Shown: piece after piece, positions 63,889 through 64,000 of the stretch
Numbering within the stretch: position 1 is the stretch's first letter
Layout of the letters: every line of letters begins with the position of its first letter
IMG/VR virus record: IMGVR_UViG_3300044700_000691
Coordinates: 1-64,000 of that record
Length of the DNA stretch: 64,000 nucleotides
Strand: one strand, 5' to 3'
Notes under the pieces: model-generated
What the model saw: the letters and a program-made list of their open reading frames with translations, nothing else
What the model was told of the DNA's origin: nothing
The model's database searches: none
Position numbers and translations under genes: made by a program

Positions 63889-64000
63889 CTTGGCGAATTC
63901 TTTTTTATTATTTATTAGGGATAATTGAACTTTGGAAAAGATTTTACGTCGCTCAAGACTAAATAGATAATTCTTTAGTATTATACTAAGAAATATGGGG

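Noticed and set aside
1-64000. Stop-codon reassignment and tRNA genes
   Set aside because: Conserved genes are full length in the standard code and TAG/TGA end genes normally; no tRNA cloverleaf was noticed by eye (tRNAscan-SE not run).

Overview
AT-rich segment of a large T4-like (myovirus/jumbo) phage genome in the standard genetic code. The host is very probably Bacteroidota: it has a Bacteroidota-type bS21, DUF3127/DUF4494/DUF6576-like proteins, TAnnTTT(A/G)-type promoters and AT-rich SD-less start regions. Layout: (i) 1-11.0 kb is a leftward early/host-takeover region of small genes, each unit behind a ~65-bp repeated promoter cassette (about 17 copies), and includes a sigma-70 factor and Hsp20. 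(ii) 11.05-11.5 kb is a GC-rich non-coding array of roughly helically spaced CCWGG motifs at the strand switch. (iii) 11.5-48 kb interleaves middle genes (HDAC-family deacetylase, PD-(D/E)XK nuclease, phosphoesterase, Fpg/Nei, UvsE, DEDDh exonuclease, guanylate kinase, DNA ligase, glycosyltransferase plus FkbM methyltransferase) with late genes; about 19 of the late genes share a T4 capsid-targeting-like N-terminal leader. (iv) 48.5-64 kb holds structural and packaging genes (baseplate hub chaperone, ECF sigma, PhoH, terminase large and small subunits, baseplate wedge). Top leads: the fleet of putatively capsid-packaged, protease-processed cargo proteins with a second shared R-L-x-x-L-G-L tag; a structured intergenic RNA at 23.4 kb complementary to 23S rRNA helices 69-70; the CCWGG array with satellite copies; and a helically phased DnaA-box-like activator site in the early cassettes. 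All product calls come from motif recognition by eye; no searches were run.
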